This document shows positions 17,928 to 27,134 of a stretch of 64,000 nt of DNA, in pieces; positions within the stretch are counted from its first letter, which is position 1; each line of letters begins with the position of its first letter. The DNA comes from Flavobacteriales bacterium UBA852. Lineage in GTDB: Bacteria > Bacteroidota > Bacteroidia > Flavobacteriales_E > Vicingaceae. The position numbers were made by a program, and so were the translations under genes. The notes beneath the pieces were generated by a model. It saw only the letters and a program-made list of their open reading frames with translations. It had not been told where the DNA came from and searched no databases. The stretch spans positions 161,706 to 225,705 of the forward strand of contig DBGO01000010.1 of NCBI GenBank assembly GCA_002295925.1. Reading direction: 5' to 3'.

Positions 17928-19379
17928 TTAATCAAATATTGTTAGTACACAATGGTCTGCTACAGTTGATAGAGTAGGATTTATTTCTACCCTCCATGGA
18001 GATGATGCCCAGTTCAATACTGGTTTCCATTGTATAGTTATTGTATGTGAACCAGGAGGTAAATTAACTGGCACACCTGAAAAAGACACCGTTCCAGAGG
18101 TTGTAACATATAATCCTCCACTTGCACCCTGATCAAAATCAGTTAATAATGTTGCTGCTCTTGCTACGACATTACCATCTACTAATATTCTTGCTTGTAT
18201 TATTCCTTGACCAAATTGAGCATTACCGGAATTATCTGCTAAACGAGCAGTAAATGAAGCAAATATATAAAATGTATTATGTACAGTAGTCATAGTTATT
18301 GACATGCCTGGAATAGTTTGAAATGAAGTAGTATTTGTATTTGTTGCTAAAGTAGATAAGCTTATACTTTGAGCATTATTACCATACATTGGAATAGAAG
18401 TTGGCGTCTGCCACACAGGAGCGTTACCAGCACCTTGACTGGTTAAAATTTGTCCGGCTGCACCGGGATTTCCACCTGGTCTCAAATCACCGGTAAATTG
18501 AATATTTCCATTTACGTCTAGCTTTTGACTGGGTGATGTATTACTAATACCAACATTTGTACCATTATCAGTAATTATACTACAAGTAGCGGATGAACCA
18601 TTAGATTTTAAAACCTGGTTTGCTGTTGAACACCCAACTGGACCGGGAGGGCCTTGTGGACCCTGTGGGCCTGTAGCGCCTGTTGGGCCTTGTGGACCTT
18701 GCGGACCGGCTGGACCTGTTGGGCCCTGTGGACCTTGTGGGCCAGCTGGTCCTTGTGGTCCTTGTGGTCCTTGACAATCTAAAGCATCCCAAAAACCATC
18801 ACCATTTATATCTTCAGATGGATCTTGAACTCCATCTCCATCTGCATCCCAGCAAGCAATTCCGGCTGGGCCCTGCGGACCCTGTGGACCTGCTGGACCC
18901 TGTGGACCTGCTGGACCCTGTGGACCTTGTGGGCCTTGAGGACCGGCTGGACCTGTTGGACCTGTTGGACCCTGTGGACCTTGAGGACCGGCTGGACCTG
19001 TTGGGCCCTGTGGACCTTGTGGGCCTTGAGGACCGGCTGGACCTTGTGGACCCTGTGGACCTTGTGGGCCTAAAGCTTGAACCCATTGTGTTCCGTCCCA
19101 ATACCAAAAACCTACTGCACCCCCGGTCATTGCAGCATTGGTATTATATACCAATAAACTTACTGCTGGCGAAGGTATTGTTACTACATCAGTTGTTGAT
19201 TGTAAACTTACCCTGGGAATCAATACCCCCTTATCAGTATAATCCACATCCAAAGCTGCCGAAGGATCAGGCAAAGCACCTGTTGTGTTAATTCCTATAT
19301 TTTGCGCTTTAATGCTATTGATAAATAACATTAGTAAACAAGCAAATATTAACTTCTTCATAATTATTTGATTTTGCAT
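17928..19379 (-). CDS. secreted collagen-like triple-helix repeat protein, long paralogue (483 aa)
   Basis: Signal peptide (possible start at Met7, 19361); same N-domain; 23 + 15 GXY triplets split by [27 protein letters not shown]; 235-aa C-terminal region with [15 protein letters not shown] and [16 protein letters not shown] motifs. Confidence 0.85.
   Translation of the reverse strand: MQNQIIMKKLIFACLLMLFINSIKAQNIGINTTGALPDPSAALDVDYTDKGVLIPRVSLQSTTDVVTIPSPAVSLLVYNTNAAMTGGAVGFWYWDGTQWVQALGPQGPQGPQGPAGPQGPQGPQGPTGPAGPQGPQGPTGPTGPAGPQGPQGPQGPAGPQGPAGPQGPQGPAGIACWDADGDGVQDPSEDINGDGFWDALDCQGPQGPQGPAGPQGPQGPTGPAGPQGPQGPTGATGPQGPQGPPGPVGCSTANQVLKSNGSSATCSIITDNGTNVGISNTSPSQKLDVNGNIQFTGDLRPGGNPGAAGQILTSQGAGNAPVWQTPTSIPMYGNNAQSISLSTLATNTNTTSFQTIPGMSITMTTVHNTFYIFASFTARLADNSGNAQFGQGIIQARILVDGNVVARAATLLTDFDQGASGGLYVTTSGTVSFSGVPVNLPPGSHTITIQWKPVLNWASSPWRVEINPTLSTVADHCVLTIFD
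18636..19070 (-). repeat. 9-bp-periodic collagen coding repeats, two blocks (18636-18770, 18864-19070)
   Basis: Same tandem 9-nt units as at 16939-17256; block lengths confirmed from residue and coordinate arithmetic. Confidence 0.9.
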
Positions 19380-19449
19380 AATTTTTATTTAACGAAGATT
19401 TGACGATGTAATAATAAAAAAAGTTGCATCAAATACCAAAAAAATAAAA

Positions 19450-19457
19450 TAGTTTTG
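19450..19457 (+). promoter_or_regulatory. candidate -7 box (TAgtTTTG)
   Basis: Exact TAnnTTTG match 14 nt upstream of the ATG at 19472. Confidence 0.4.
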
Positions 19458-19471
19458 TAAAAAATAAATTT

Positions 19472-20038
19472 ATGCATCTTGATTTTAAAGAGATTTTATC
19501 GGCATCTATGGTGCTTTTTGCAGTAATTGATATTATAGGCTCCATCCCTATTATTATTGATTTACGCGAAAAATTAGGGCATATACAATCTGAAAAGGCA
19601 ACGCTTGTTGCAACAATCATAATGATTGTATTTTTATTTGTGGGTGAATCTATTTTAGCATTGTTTGGTGTCGATATTATGTCGTTTGCCATTGCCGGTT
19701 CGCTAATTTTATTTTTTTTGGCATTGGAAATGGTTCTGGGTGTAAATTTTTTTAAAGACGATGCACCGGAAACAGCTTCAATTGTACCAATCGCCTTTCC
19801 ATTAATTGCCGGAGCAGGAACAATGACTACTTTATTGACCATTCGTGCCGAATATCATACCGAAAATATTATTGTTGCCATTTTAATAAATATGGCATTG
19901 GTTTATTTTGTTCTAAAAACTTCTGCTCGCTGGGGAAGAGTTCTAGGAAAAAGTGGAATTTCAATCTTACGTAAAGTATTTGGCGTTATTCTTTTGGCTA
20001 TAGCCGTAAAAATTTTTAAAACCAGCATAGGATTTTAA
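19472..20038 (+). CDS. MarC family (UPF0056) integral membrane protein
   Basis: 188 aa, six hydrophobic helices, N-terminal …LFAVIDIIGSIPII… and AFPLIAGAGT segments typical of MarC/UPF0056. Confidence 0.75.
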   Translation: MHLDFKEILSASMVLFAVIDIIGSIPIIIDLREKLGHIQSEKATLVATIIMIVFLFVGESILALFGVDIMSFAIAGSLILFFLALEMVLGVNFFKDDAPETASIVPIAFPLIAGAGTMTTLLTIRAEYHTENIIVAILINMALVYFVLKTSARWGRVLGKSGISILRKVFGVILLAIAVKIFKTSIGF

Positions 20039-20496
20039 TGGCCAACATAAAAATATATACTGATGGCGCCTCTAGAGGTAATCCCGGACCGGGAGGATAT
20101 GGTGTTGTTTTAAAAAGCGGAAAACATTACAAAGAACTGTCTGAAGGTTTTAGAAAAACCACAAACAACCGTATGGAATTGTTAAGCGTAATAAAAGCTT
20201 TGGAAGAGTTAAAAGGCGAAGGACATAATGTAGTGGTGTATTCCGACTCTAAATATGTTGTAGATGCTATTGAAAAAGGTTGGGTTTTTAATTGGCAAAA
20301 GAAAAACTTTAAAGGAAAAAAAAATGCTGATTTGTGGCGTAAGTTTTTAAAAATTTACCCCAAACACAAAGTGAAATTTGTATGGATAAAAGGGCATGCC
20401 GGACATCCTGAAAATGAGCGATGCGATGACTTAGCCGTTAAAGCTGCCCAACAGAAAAATTTAAAAATTGATGAGGGATTTGAAAATAATATTTAA
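20038..20496 (+). CDS. rnhA: ribonuclease HI
   Basis: IYTDGASRGNPGPGGYG, NNRMEL, YSDSKYV and KGHAGHPENERCDDLA catalytic motifs; TAATG overlap with the preceding gene. Confidence 0.9.
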   Translation: MANIKIYTDGASRGNPGPGGYGVVLKSGKHYKELSEGFRKTTNNRMELLSVIKALEELKGEGHNVVVYSDSKYVVDAIEKGWVFNWQKKNFKGKKNADLWRKFLKIYPKHKVKFVWIKGHAGHPENERCDDLAVKAAQQKNLKIDEGFENNI

Positions 20497-20582
20497 AAAA
20501 ACAATTTGAAGAGTTAAAAACTAAAATTACAGAAGCTTCGAATGGTGCAATTACTTTTATGTATCAATAATTAATTACTTTA

Positions 20583-21023
20583 TTACTTGTAAACCATTTT
20601 AATCTTTATTAAAGATTGAGTTGGAATTGAAAAAGCACATTCATCAAAATCTGGCTCACTCAAAATAATTTTAGGGTTTTTAGAAAAACCAAAACCTTCC
20701 TGAGGATAATGTACCCAATTATAATCCATTTCATTATTACCATTTTCATCATGCAAAAGCGCAATTGCATATTTACCGGGTGGCAGGTTTAATTTAATCT
20801 TTAATAATGGTTTGTTTTGAATTTGTAATTTTTTATATTGATAAATACCTTTATCATTTGAAGGAAAATCATTTTTATTAGATTCAGAAAAAATCGCCAT
20901 CAATATAGTTCCTCCACGCTTACAATCAATGTTTTCTATTTCTATCTCAACTTTTTGACTTGATTGTATAAAGGATAATGATAGTAGAGATATAAATAAT
21001 ATAATACTAATATTCATTTTCAT
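20583..21023 (-). CDS. DUF2141 domain-containing secreted protein
   Basis: Signal peptide; HDENGNNEMDYNWVHYPQEGFGFSKN segment matches the DUF2141 signature as I remember it. Confidence 0.65.
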   Translation of the reverse strand: MKMNISIILFISLLSLSFIQSSQKVEIEIENIDCKRGGTILMAIFSESNKNDFPSNDKGIYQYKKLQIQNKPLLKIKLNLPPGKYAIALLHDENGNNEMDYNWVHYPQEGFGFSKNPKIILSEPDFDECAFSIPTQSLIKIKMVYK

Positions 21024-21993
21024 AATTATAAGGTATTGAATTTAATATTTCGATTATTTTATCAACGTTTTCCTCTGTGACTAATTGTATTCTTGTTTGT
21101 TTAAAATTAGGAATACCTTTAAAATAATTCGCATAGTGTCTTCTCATTTCTAAAACCCCTAATCGTTCATTTTTCCATTTAACTGAATCTAAAAGATGCG
21201 ATTTTACAGCTTCAACTCTATCAGTAATAGTAGGTTTAGTTAAATGCTTTCCGGTTTTGAAATAATGTTTTATTTCATTAAAAATCCATGGATATCCTAT
21301 AGCTGCTCGTCCAATCATAATGCCATCCACTCCGTATTTTTGTCGCATTTCCAAAGCTTTTTGCGGACTGTCAACATCACCATTACCAAAAACAGGAATA
21401 TGCATTCGGGGGTTATTCTTTACTTCGCCTATCAACGTCCAATCGGCACTGCCTTTGTACATCTGTACTCTTGTCCTTCCATGGATACTTATAGCCTGTA
21501 TGCCAACATCTTGCAATCGTTCGGCAACCTCAACGATATGCTTACTGCTGTCGTCCCAACCCAATCGAGTTTTTACGGTTACCGGCAAACGAGTGGATTT
21601 CACTATTTCTTCGGTAAGTTTTACCATTTTAGGAATATCTTTTAAAATTCCGGCGCCTGCACCTTTGCAAACCACTTTTTTTACCGGACACCCAAAATTA
21701 ATATCAATTATATCGGGATTGGCTTGTGTAGCAATTTCGGTGGCTTGTTTCATACTCTCAATATCACCGCCAAAAATCTGAATACCGATAGGTCGTTCGT
21801 ATTCAAAAATATCCAACTTCTGTTTGCTTTTTACCGCATCTCTAATTAACCCTTCCGAAGATATAAATTCGGTAAACATTAAATCGGCACCGTGCTGCTT
21901 GCACAATTTTCTAAACGGCGGGTCGCTGACATCTTCCATTGGTGCCAAAATCAACGGGAATTCTCCTAACTCAATATTTCCTATCTTTACCAA
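21007..21993 (-). CDS. dusB: tRNA dihydrouridine synthase
   Basis: LAPMEDVSDPPFR, INFGCP, KTRLGWD and HGRTR FMN TIM-barrel motifs. Confidence 0.9.
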   Translation of the reverse strand: MVKIGNIELGEFPLILAPMEDVSDPPFRKLCKQHGADLMFTEFISSEGLIRDAVKSKQKLDIFEYERPIGIQIFGGDIESMKQATEIATQANPDIIDINFGCPVKKVVCKGAGAGILKDIPKMVKLTEEIVKSTRLPVTVKTRLGWDDSSKHIVEVAERLQDVGIQAISIHGRTRVQMYKGSADWTLIGEVKNNPRMHIPVFGNGDVDSPQKALEMRQKYGVDGIMIGRAAIGYPWIFNEIKHYFKTGKHLTKPTITDRVEAVKSHLLDSVKWKNERLGVLEMRRHYANYFKGIPNFKQTRIQLVTEENVDKIIEILNSIPYNYENEY

Positions 21994-22015
21994 AATAAAA
22001 ATTTAAGGCAAATTT

Positions 22016-22912
22016 ATGGATAATCTTTCGCAAACGAGCACAAACAGCAAAAGTCCTTTAATTGAACTTTTATTGTTTTTGGCAACGGCTTTTGGTTTTA
22101 TGACCTTGTTTTCTTTTTTGGGAATGGCTGTCATTTATTATTTTTTTGGCATCACTACTTTTGATTTTTCCAATCCCGAAGATATTTTACCGGCTAAAAT
22201 CTTGCAATTTTTCAATGCTTTGGGATTGTTCGTCATTCCACCTGTATTTTTTTATCAAGTAATAAAAAAAGAAAACATCTCTTGGCAATTTTCCGGCAAT
22301 ATTAAGTTTGAACTGCTTCTACTGTCGGTTGCTTTAATATATGTTATTATGCCATCTGTAGAATGGCTTGCAGAAATAAACAAAATGCTTCCTTTGCCCG
22401 AGAGTTGGCAACCGTTATTGAAACAAATGGAACAGCAAACCATTCAAGCAACAAAAGCAATGCTTCACATGACAAGTACAGCCGATTTTTTGTTCTCGGT
22501 TTTAATCATTGGTGTTTTACCCGCTTTGGGTGAAGAAATGTTTTTCCGCGGTGTTTTGCAATGCATTTTTATCCGTTGGACAAAAAACATTTGGGCCGGC
22601 GTGCTGATAACGGCGTTTTTGTTTAGTGTTTTGCATATGGAATTTTCGGGCTTATTGCCACGACTTGTTTTGGGTGTTGTATTAGGGTTGCTTTATGCTT
22701 GGAGCGGCAATTTATGGTATTCTGTTTTGGTTCATTTTTTAAACAACACCTCTGTCGTTGTTTACATATATATTAAACAAATTAATGTAGAAAATTTAGA
22801 AGACTTGGAAATGATGAATTCAGTCAGTCCGTTTGCAGGAATTGTATCCTTAGCGGTTGCATCAGGTTTGTTATATTATTTTTATAGAAAAACACAACTG
22901 TTGCGGAAATAA
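22016..22912 (+). CDS. CPBP family intramembrane glutamic endopeptidase (CAAX protease-like)
   Basis: Polytopic; EEMFFRG, FSVLH and HFLNN motifs. Confidence 0.8.
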   Translation: MDNLSQTSTNSKSPLIELLLFLATAFGFMTLFSFLGMAVIYYFFGITTFDFSNPEDILPAKILQFFNALGLFVIPPVFFYQVIKKENISWQFSGNIKFELLLLSVALIYVIMPSVEWLAEINKMLPLPESWQPLLKQMEQQTIQATKAMLHMTSTADFLFSVLIIGVLPALGEEMFFRGVLQCIFIRWTKNIWAGVLITAFLFSVLHMEFSGLLPRLVLGVVLGLLYAWSGNLWYSVLVHFLNNTSVVVYIYIKQINVENLEDLEMMNSVSPFAGIVSLAVASGLLYYFYRKTQLLRK

Positions 22913-22983
22913 ACAATATGAATTTGCGGGTTTGACATTTCAGTTATTTTTTATATCTTGAACGGAAATTAAACTTTCCGGTT

Positions 22984-24792
22984 ATGCAACGTTATTTTAC
23001 AGATATTCATTTTCATCCGCAATTAAAAGCGTACAATAATTTTGGTTATCTTGACAAAGACAAAACTATTTGGGAACGTTTTGACGAGCAACCAAAATAT
23101 GTTCAAGAACTCACATGGGTGATTCAAAAAGCTATTGAAGAACTGGCAAAAGATTCGCAAGCCAACTTAAATTTATTTACCGAAGGACATTTGCGCGGCG
23201 GAATTTTCGCACTCTACCCAACCGAACGCCCTATGTTTGATGCTCAACCAAGGCATCCTATTTTTAAAGCTTTTATAAAAGAAGAAGATTATGCTTATTT
23301 AGGCGCGGCAGTTTCCGGTTTTCCGCTTGAAAAAGTAAAAAAAATTATTCGTAGAGTAAAACAAAAAAGAGGAATTGATTATTTTAATGAAGAATTGGTA
23401 AAAGAATATCAATTTATTCTAAACCAACCCCGTAAAAACAACATAGGCAAAGGCGAGTTTGAAATAGCCGAAAATTTCAATCATTACCAACAAATACTCA
23501 ATAAAAATGACGAGTCTGTTGCTGTTATTTTTTCGATTGAAGGACTGCATTCGCTAATAAAATATGAGGATAAAAATTTTAGAACCGCGTATGAACATTT
23601 AACCACGCAAGAACAACAAGAAATAGAAAACCGGTTTAAAACAAATATTGAAACCATAAAAAAATGGAATAACGGTAAACACGCACCGTTTTTTGTAACA
23701 TTTTGTCATCACTATTATAATCAATTGGCGGGACATGCCAAAAGTTTATCATCTGATAAACCAAGTCTTGCCGGAGGATTATTGGGAGGTATAACCTTAT
23801 TATTACAAGGCAAAAAACCGGAGTTCGTTTTTACTCAACCCGGCATTGACCAACTTTTCGACCAATCAACCGGAATGTATCCGGACAATGTAACGGAAAA
23901 AAAGCCGAAAAACTCGGCAGGTTTTAATCCTTTGGGAGAAAAAGTGCGGGATTGGTTATTGTCAAGAGAATACGGAAGGCGAATACTGATAGACACCAAA
24001 CACATGAGCCTGACAGCTCGTAAACAATACATCGACTATGTAAAAAGCAAAAGAGAAGAAGGAGATATTATTCCAATTATAGCCAGCCATACCTGTTGCA
24101 ACGGATTTAAAGATTTTGAATCTGCAGGAAACATTATTGAAAATTCAGCAATTGAAAAGGGAGAATATTTCAGTCGTTGGAGCATAAATTTGAATGATGA
24201 GGAAATTAGAGCCATTCACGACTCGAACGGTTTAATCGGATTATTGTTTCACGATGGACGAATGCCCGGCGAAGGATTTAAAAAAAGCATTCGCAAAACA
24301 AAAAATAAAATCCGTCGATTGCGAAAAACGAAAGTTCGCCGTGAAGAAAAAGGAAAAAACACCGACCGTATTTCAAAAGATATTGAAAAACTGAGCAATA
24401 GTCTGCGCAAAAGTTACATTCACTTATTAATGAGCAATGTGTTTCAAATCGTATATGCCATCAATAAAAAATCGGCGTGGGATGTTATCAGCATTGGTTC
24501 GGATTACGATGGTTTGGTTGACCCATTGGATTCTTATTATTATGTAAAAGATTATCCTAAATTTTATGAAGACATGCTTCATTTTCTTAAAAATCCAAAT
24601 CAATATCCGCCGTTGAAGATATACAAAAACAATCGATGCACACCTCTACCTTACAGCGAGTTAAAATCATTGTATTTTAATTTTACGCCGGAAGAAATTT
24701 CCGAAAAAATTGCCCATAAAAACACCGAAGAATTTTTAAGAAAGTTTTTTACCGATGAATATTTGGAAAAAGGGCAACCGGTAATTGCTTAA
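22984..24792 (+). CDS. divergent membrane-dipeptidase (peptidase M19 / amidohydrolase TIM-barrel)-like protein with large insertions
   Basis: Order of motifs resembles M19: DIHFHP, IFSIEGLHSL, ILIDTKHMS, PIIASHT, NGLIGLLF, ISIGSDYDG; 602 aa with a basic insert KKSIRKTKNKIRRLRKTKVRREEKGKN. Confidence 0.5.
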   Translation: MQRYFTDIHFHPQLKAYNNFGYLDKDKTIWERFDEQPKYVQELTWVIQKAIEELAKDSQANLNLFTEGHLRGGIFALYPTERPMFDAQPRHPIFKAFIKEEDYAYLGAAVSGFPLEKVKKIIRRVKQKRGIDYFNEELVKEYQFILNQPRKNNIGKGEFEIAENFNHYQQILNKNDESVAVIFSIEGLHSLIKYEDKNFRTAYEHLTTQEQQEIENRFKTNIETIKKWNNGKHAPFFVTFCHHYYNQLAGHAKSLSSDKPSLAGGLLGGITLLLQGKKPEFVFTQPGIDQLFDQSTGMYPDNVTEKKPKNSAGFNPLGEKVRDWLLSREYGRRILIDTKHMSLTARKQYIDYVKSKREEGDIIPIIASHTCCNGFKDFESAGNIIENSAIEKGEYFSRWSINLNDEEIRAIHDSNGLIGLLFHDGRMPGEGFKKSIRKTKNKIRRLRKTKVRREEKGKNTDRISKDIEKLSNSLRKSYIHLLMSNVFQIVYAINKKSAWDVISIGSDYDGLVDPLDSYYYVKDYPKFYEDMLHFLKNPNQYPPLKIYKNNRCTPLPYSELKSLYFNFTPEEISEKIAHKNTEEFLRKFFTDEYLEKGQPVIA

Positions 24793-24800
24793 AAAGAGAG

Positions 24801-24872
24801 TGCCCTCGTCAGGATTCGAACCTGAATCAAGCGTTTAGGAAACGCCTATTCTATCCCTTGAACTACGAGGGC
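24801..24872 (-). tRNA. tRNA-Arg (anticodon CCT)
   Basis: Hand-folded cloverleaf from the reverse complement GCCCTCG-TA-GTTC…GAAT-A-GGCGT-TTCCTAA-ACGCT-TGAT-TCAGG-TTCGAAT-CCTGA-CGAGGGC-A; no encoded CCA. Confidence 0.9.
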
Positions 24873-24880
24873 AAAATACG

Positions 24881-26419
24881 TTAACCTGCCCAACCTTCAC
24901 GGTCAAGACTTCGGTACTGAATGGCTTCGGCCAAATGAACTGTTTCTATGTTTGGTGAATTATCCAAATCGGCTATGGTACGGGCAACTTTTAAAATACG
25001 GTCGTAAGCTCTTGCCGACAAACCTAATTTTTCCATAGCATTTTTCAACAAATTTTGCCCGGCTTCATCTATTTGACAAACTTCGCGTAATTGTTTGGAG
25101 CTCATTTGGGCATTGGCATAAATGCCGTCTTTATCTTTAAAACGCACTTTCTGGATTTCTCGTGCCTTTATCACTCTTTCCCTTATATCTTTACTCGATT
25201 CGGATTTGTGAGGTGTATTCAATTCATTAAACGACACAGGTGTTACTTCAACATGCAAATCAATTCTGTCCAATAACGGACCGGACACTTTGGATAAATA
25301 TTTTTGCACCACTCCGGGTGAACAAACACAATCTTTTTCAGGATGATTATAATATCCGCAAGGACAAGGATTCATAGATGCTATCAGCATAAAGCTTGCC
25401 GGATAATCGACTGTTATTTTTGCCCGAGAGATAGTTACTTTTCGTTCTTCCAACGGTTGACGCATCACCTCTAAAACGGTACGCTTAAATTCGGGTAATT
25501 CATCCAAAAATAAAACACCGTTATGTGCCAATGATATTTCTCCCGGCTGCGGATAACCACCTCCGCCAACCAAAGCCACATCGCTTATGGTATGGTGCGG
25601 ACTGCGAAACGGACGTTCGGAAATTAAGGATGTATCTTTGGATAAAATTCCGCCAACAGAATGAATTTTTGTTGTTTCCAATGCCTCATTCAGCGTAAGC
25701 GGCGGCAAAATAGAAGGTAATCGTTTGGCCAACATGGTTTTTCCGGCGCCGGGCGGACCGATTAAAATTACGTTATGTCCTCCGGCAGCGGCAATTTCCA
25801 TTGCCCGTTTAATATTTTCCTGCCCTTTTACATCGGCAAAATCAAGGTCGGTATTTTCCAGATTTTTATAAAATTCTTTTCGTGTATCAATTACTGTTGG
25901 TTGTAACTCTTTTTCGTTATTGAAAAAATCAATTACTTCTTTAATGCTCTCCACTCCATATACGTCTAAATTATTGACAATAGCAGCTTCGCGAGCATTT
26001 TGCTTAGGCAAAATGAATCCTTTAAATCCTTCTTTGCGGGCTTGAATGGCTATAGGCAATGCACCTTTTATGGGTTGCAACGAACCATCGAGCGACAACT
26101 CTCCCATAATAATATAATCGCCCACAGATTCATTGTTTATTTGTCCCGAAGCAGCCAAAATTCCTGTTGCGATGGTTAAATCATACGCCGAACCCTCTTT
26201 ACGAATGTCTGCCGGCGCCATATTTATAACAATCTTTTTACCCGGCATTTTATACCCCACATTTTTTAGTGCGGCTTCAATACGTTGCTGGCTTTCTTTT
26301 ACGGCATTATCGGGCAAACCCACCAAAAAGTATTTCATACCGCGGTCGAGGTTTACCTCAACGGTAATTGTCATGGCATCAACACCAATTACAGCACTTC
26401 CGTAGGTTTTTACCAACAT
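24881..26419 (-). CDS. YifB/ComM family Mg-chelatase-like AAA+ ATPase
   Basis: N-terminal Lon-protease-like domain, Walker [18 protein letters not shown]-terminal ChlI-like helical domain. Confidence 0.9.
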   Translation of the reverse strand: MLVKTYGSAVIGVDAMTITVEVNLDRGMKYFLVGLPDNAVKESQQRIEAALKNVGYKMPGKKIVINMAPADIRKEGSAYDLTIATGILAASGQINNESVGDYIIMGELSLDGSLQPIKGALPIAIQARKEGFKGFILPKQNAREAAIVNNLDVYGVESIKEVIDFFNNEKELQPTVIDTRKEFYKNLENTDLDFADVKGQENIKRAMEIAAAGGHNVILIGPPGAGKTMLAKRLPSILPPLTLNEALETTKIHSVGGILSKDTSLISERPFRSPHHTISDVALVGGGGYPQPGEISLAHNGVLFLDELPEFKRTVLEVMRQPLEERKVTISRAKITVDYPASFMLIASMNPCPCGYYNHPEKDCVCSPGVVQKYLSKVSGPLLDRIDLHVEVTPVSFNELNTPHKSESSKDIRERVIKAREIQKVRFKDKDGIYANAQMSSKQLREVCQIDEAGQNLLKNAMEKLGLSARAYDRILKVARTIADLDNSPNIETVHLAEAIQYRSLDREGWAG

Positions 26420-26421
26420 AG

Positions 26422-27003
26422 TTAAACACCCATTATTTGTTCGATACTGTGAATCAAAGAATGAATAATTTTAATGTGTATTTCTTGCGGACGGTCGGCA
26501 AAATCGGAATGTGGCGCACGAATTTCTATTGTTGCCAGTTCGGCTAATTTCCCGCCTCCTTTTCCCGTAAGGGCAACTACTTTCATTCCTTTTTCCAGTG
26601 CTGTTTCGGCAGCCAACAACACATTTTGAGAATTTCCGCTGGTGCTTATGGCAAGTAAAACATCTTGTGGTAAGCCTACACCTTCAACAAATTTTTGAAA
26701 AATATATTCGTATCCGTAATCATTTGCCACACAGGTAATGTGCGCCGGGTCAGATACGGCAACTGCCGGAAGTGCTTTTCTGTTCAACCGAAATCTGCCG
26801 GTAATTTCTTCGGCAAAATGCATAGCATCACACATACTTCCTCCATTTCCACAACTGATAATTTTCCCGTTGTTTTTAATACTATCGGCCATTAATTGTG
26901 CGGCTTGAGCAATTTTTTCGAAATTTTCGGGAGTAGAAAACTGCTCTAAAGCATTTTGAGCTTCTGCAAAGTTTTGTTGAATTGTATTTTTAATGTTTTC
27001 CAT
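26422..27003 (-). CDS. gmhA: SIS-domain D-sedoheptulose-7-phosphate isomerase
   Basis: [16 protein letters not shown] and AISTSGNS motifs; 193 aa. Confidence 0.8.
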   Translation of the reverse strand: MENIKNTIQQNFAEAQNALEQFSTPENFEKIAQAAQLMADSIKNNGKIISCGNGGSMCDAMHFAEEITGRFRLNRKALPAVAVSDPAHITCVANDYGYEYIFQKFVEGVGLPQDVLLAISTSGNSQNVLLAAETALEKGMKVVALTGKGGGKLAELATIEIRAPHSDFADRPQEIHIKIIHSLIHSIEQIMGV

Positions 27004-27134
27004 AAAAATTTCTGTTATTGATAATAAAATATTTTATTGCCTTGAAATAACAGCATTATCTTTGTTAAATAAGTAAAGTTTTTTAATTTTATCGCTATTA
27101 TTATTGTATTCTCTGACAAATTAAATATAAAAGT

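Noticed and set aside
16939-19070. Short periodic repeats that could superficially suggest a CRISPR or other array
   Set aside because: The period is 9 nt with no spacers, the repeats are in frame and translate to Gly-Pro-X, and no cas genes are nearby.
17004-19291. Six ORF-track entries (17004-17348 +, 17081-17293 -, 18601-18792 -, 18683-19291 +, 18814-19107 -, 18825-19073 +) encoding LVDLVDP…, RSTRSSGS… or WTLWTCW… repeats
   Set aside because: They are alternative-frame or antisense readings of the 9-bp-periodic collagen repeats. Any frame of such a repeat stays open. The GPQ frame alone has a signal peptide and flanking non-repetitive domains conserved between the paralogues.
14367-19379. 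Prophage or tail-fibre remnant explanation for the collagen-like and tail-fibre-motif genes
   Set aside because: All five proteins carry Sec signal peptides. No capsid, portal, terminase, baseplate, integrase or att-like repeats flank the block, and the last gene has a cellular T9SS sorting domain. Distant phage ancestry of individual domains remains possible.
24793-24880. tRNA-Arg as the boundary of a genomic island containing the CPBP protease and M19-like gene
   Set aside because: No integrase, no direct repeat of the tRNA 3' end, no obvious compositional shift, and housekeeping genes on both sides.
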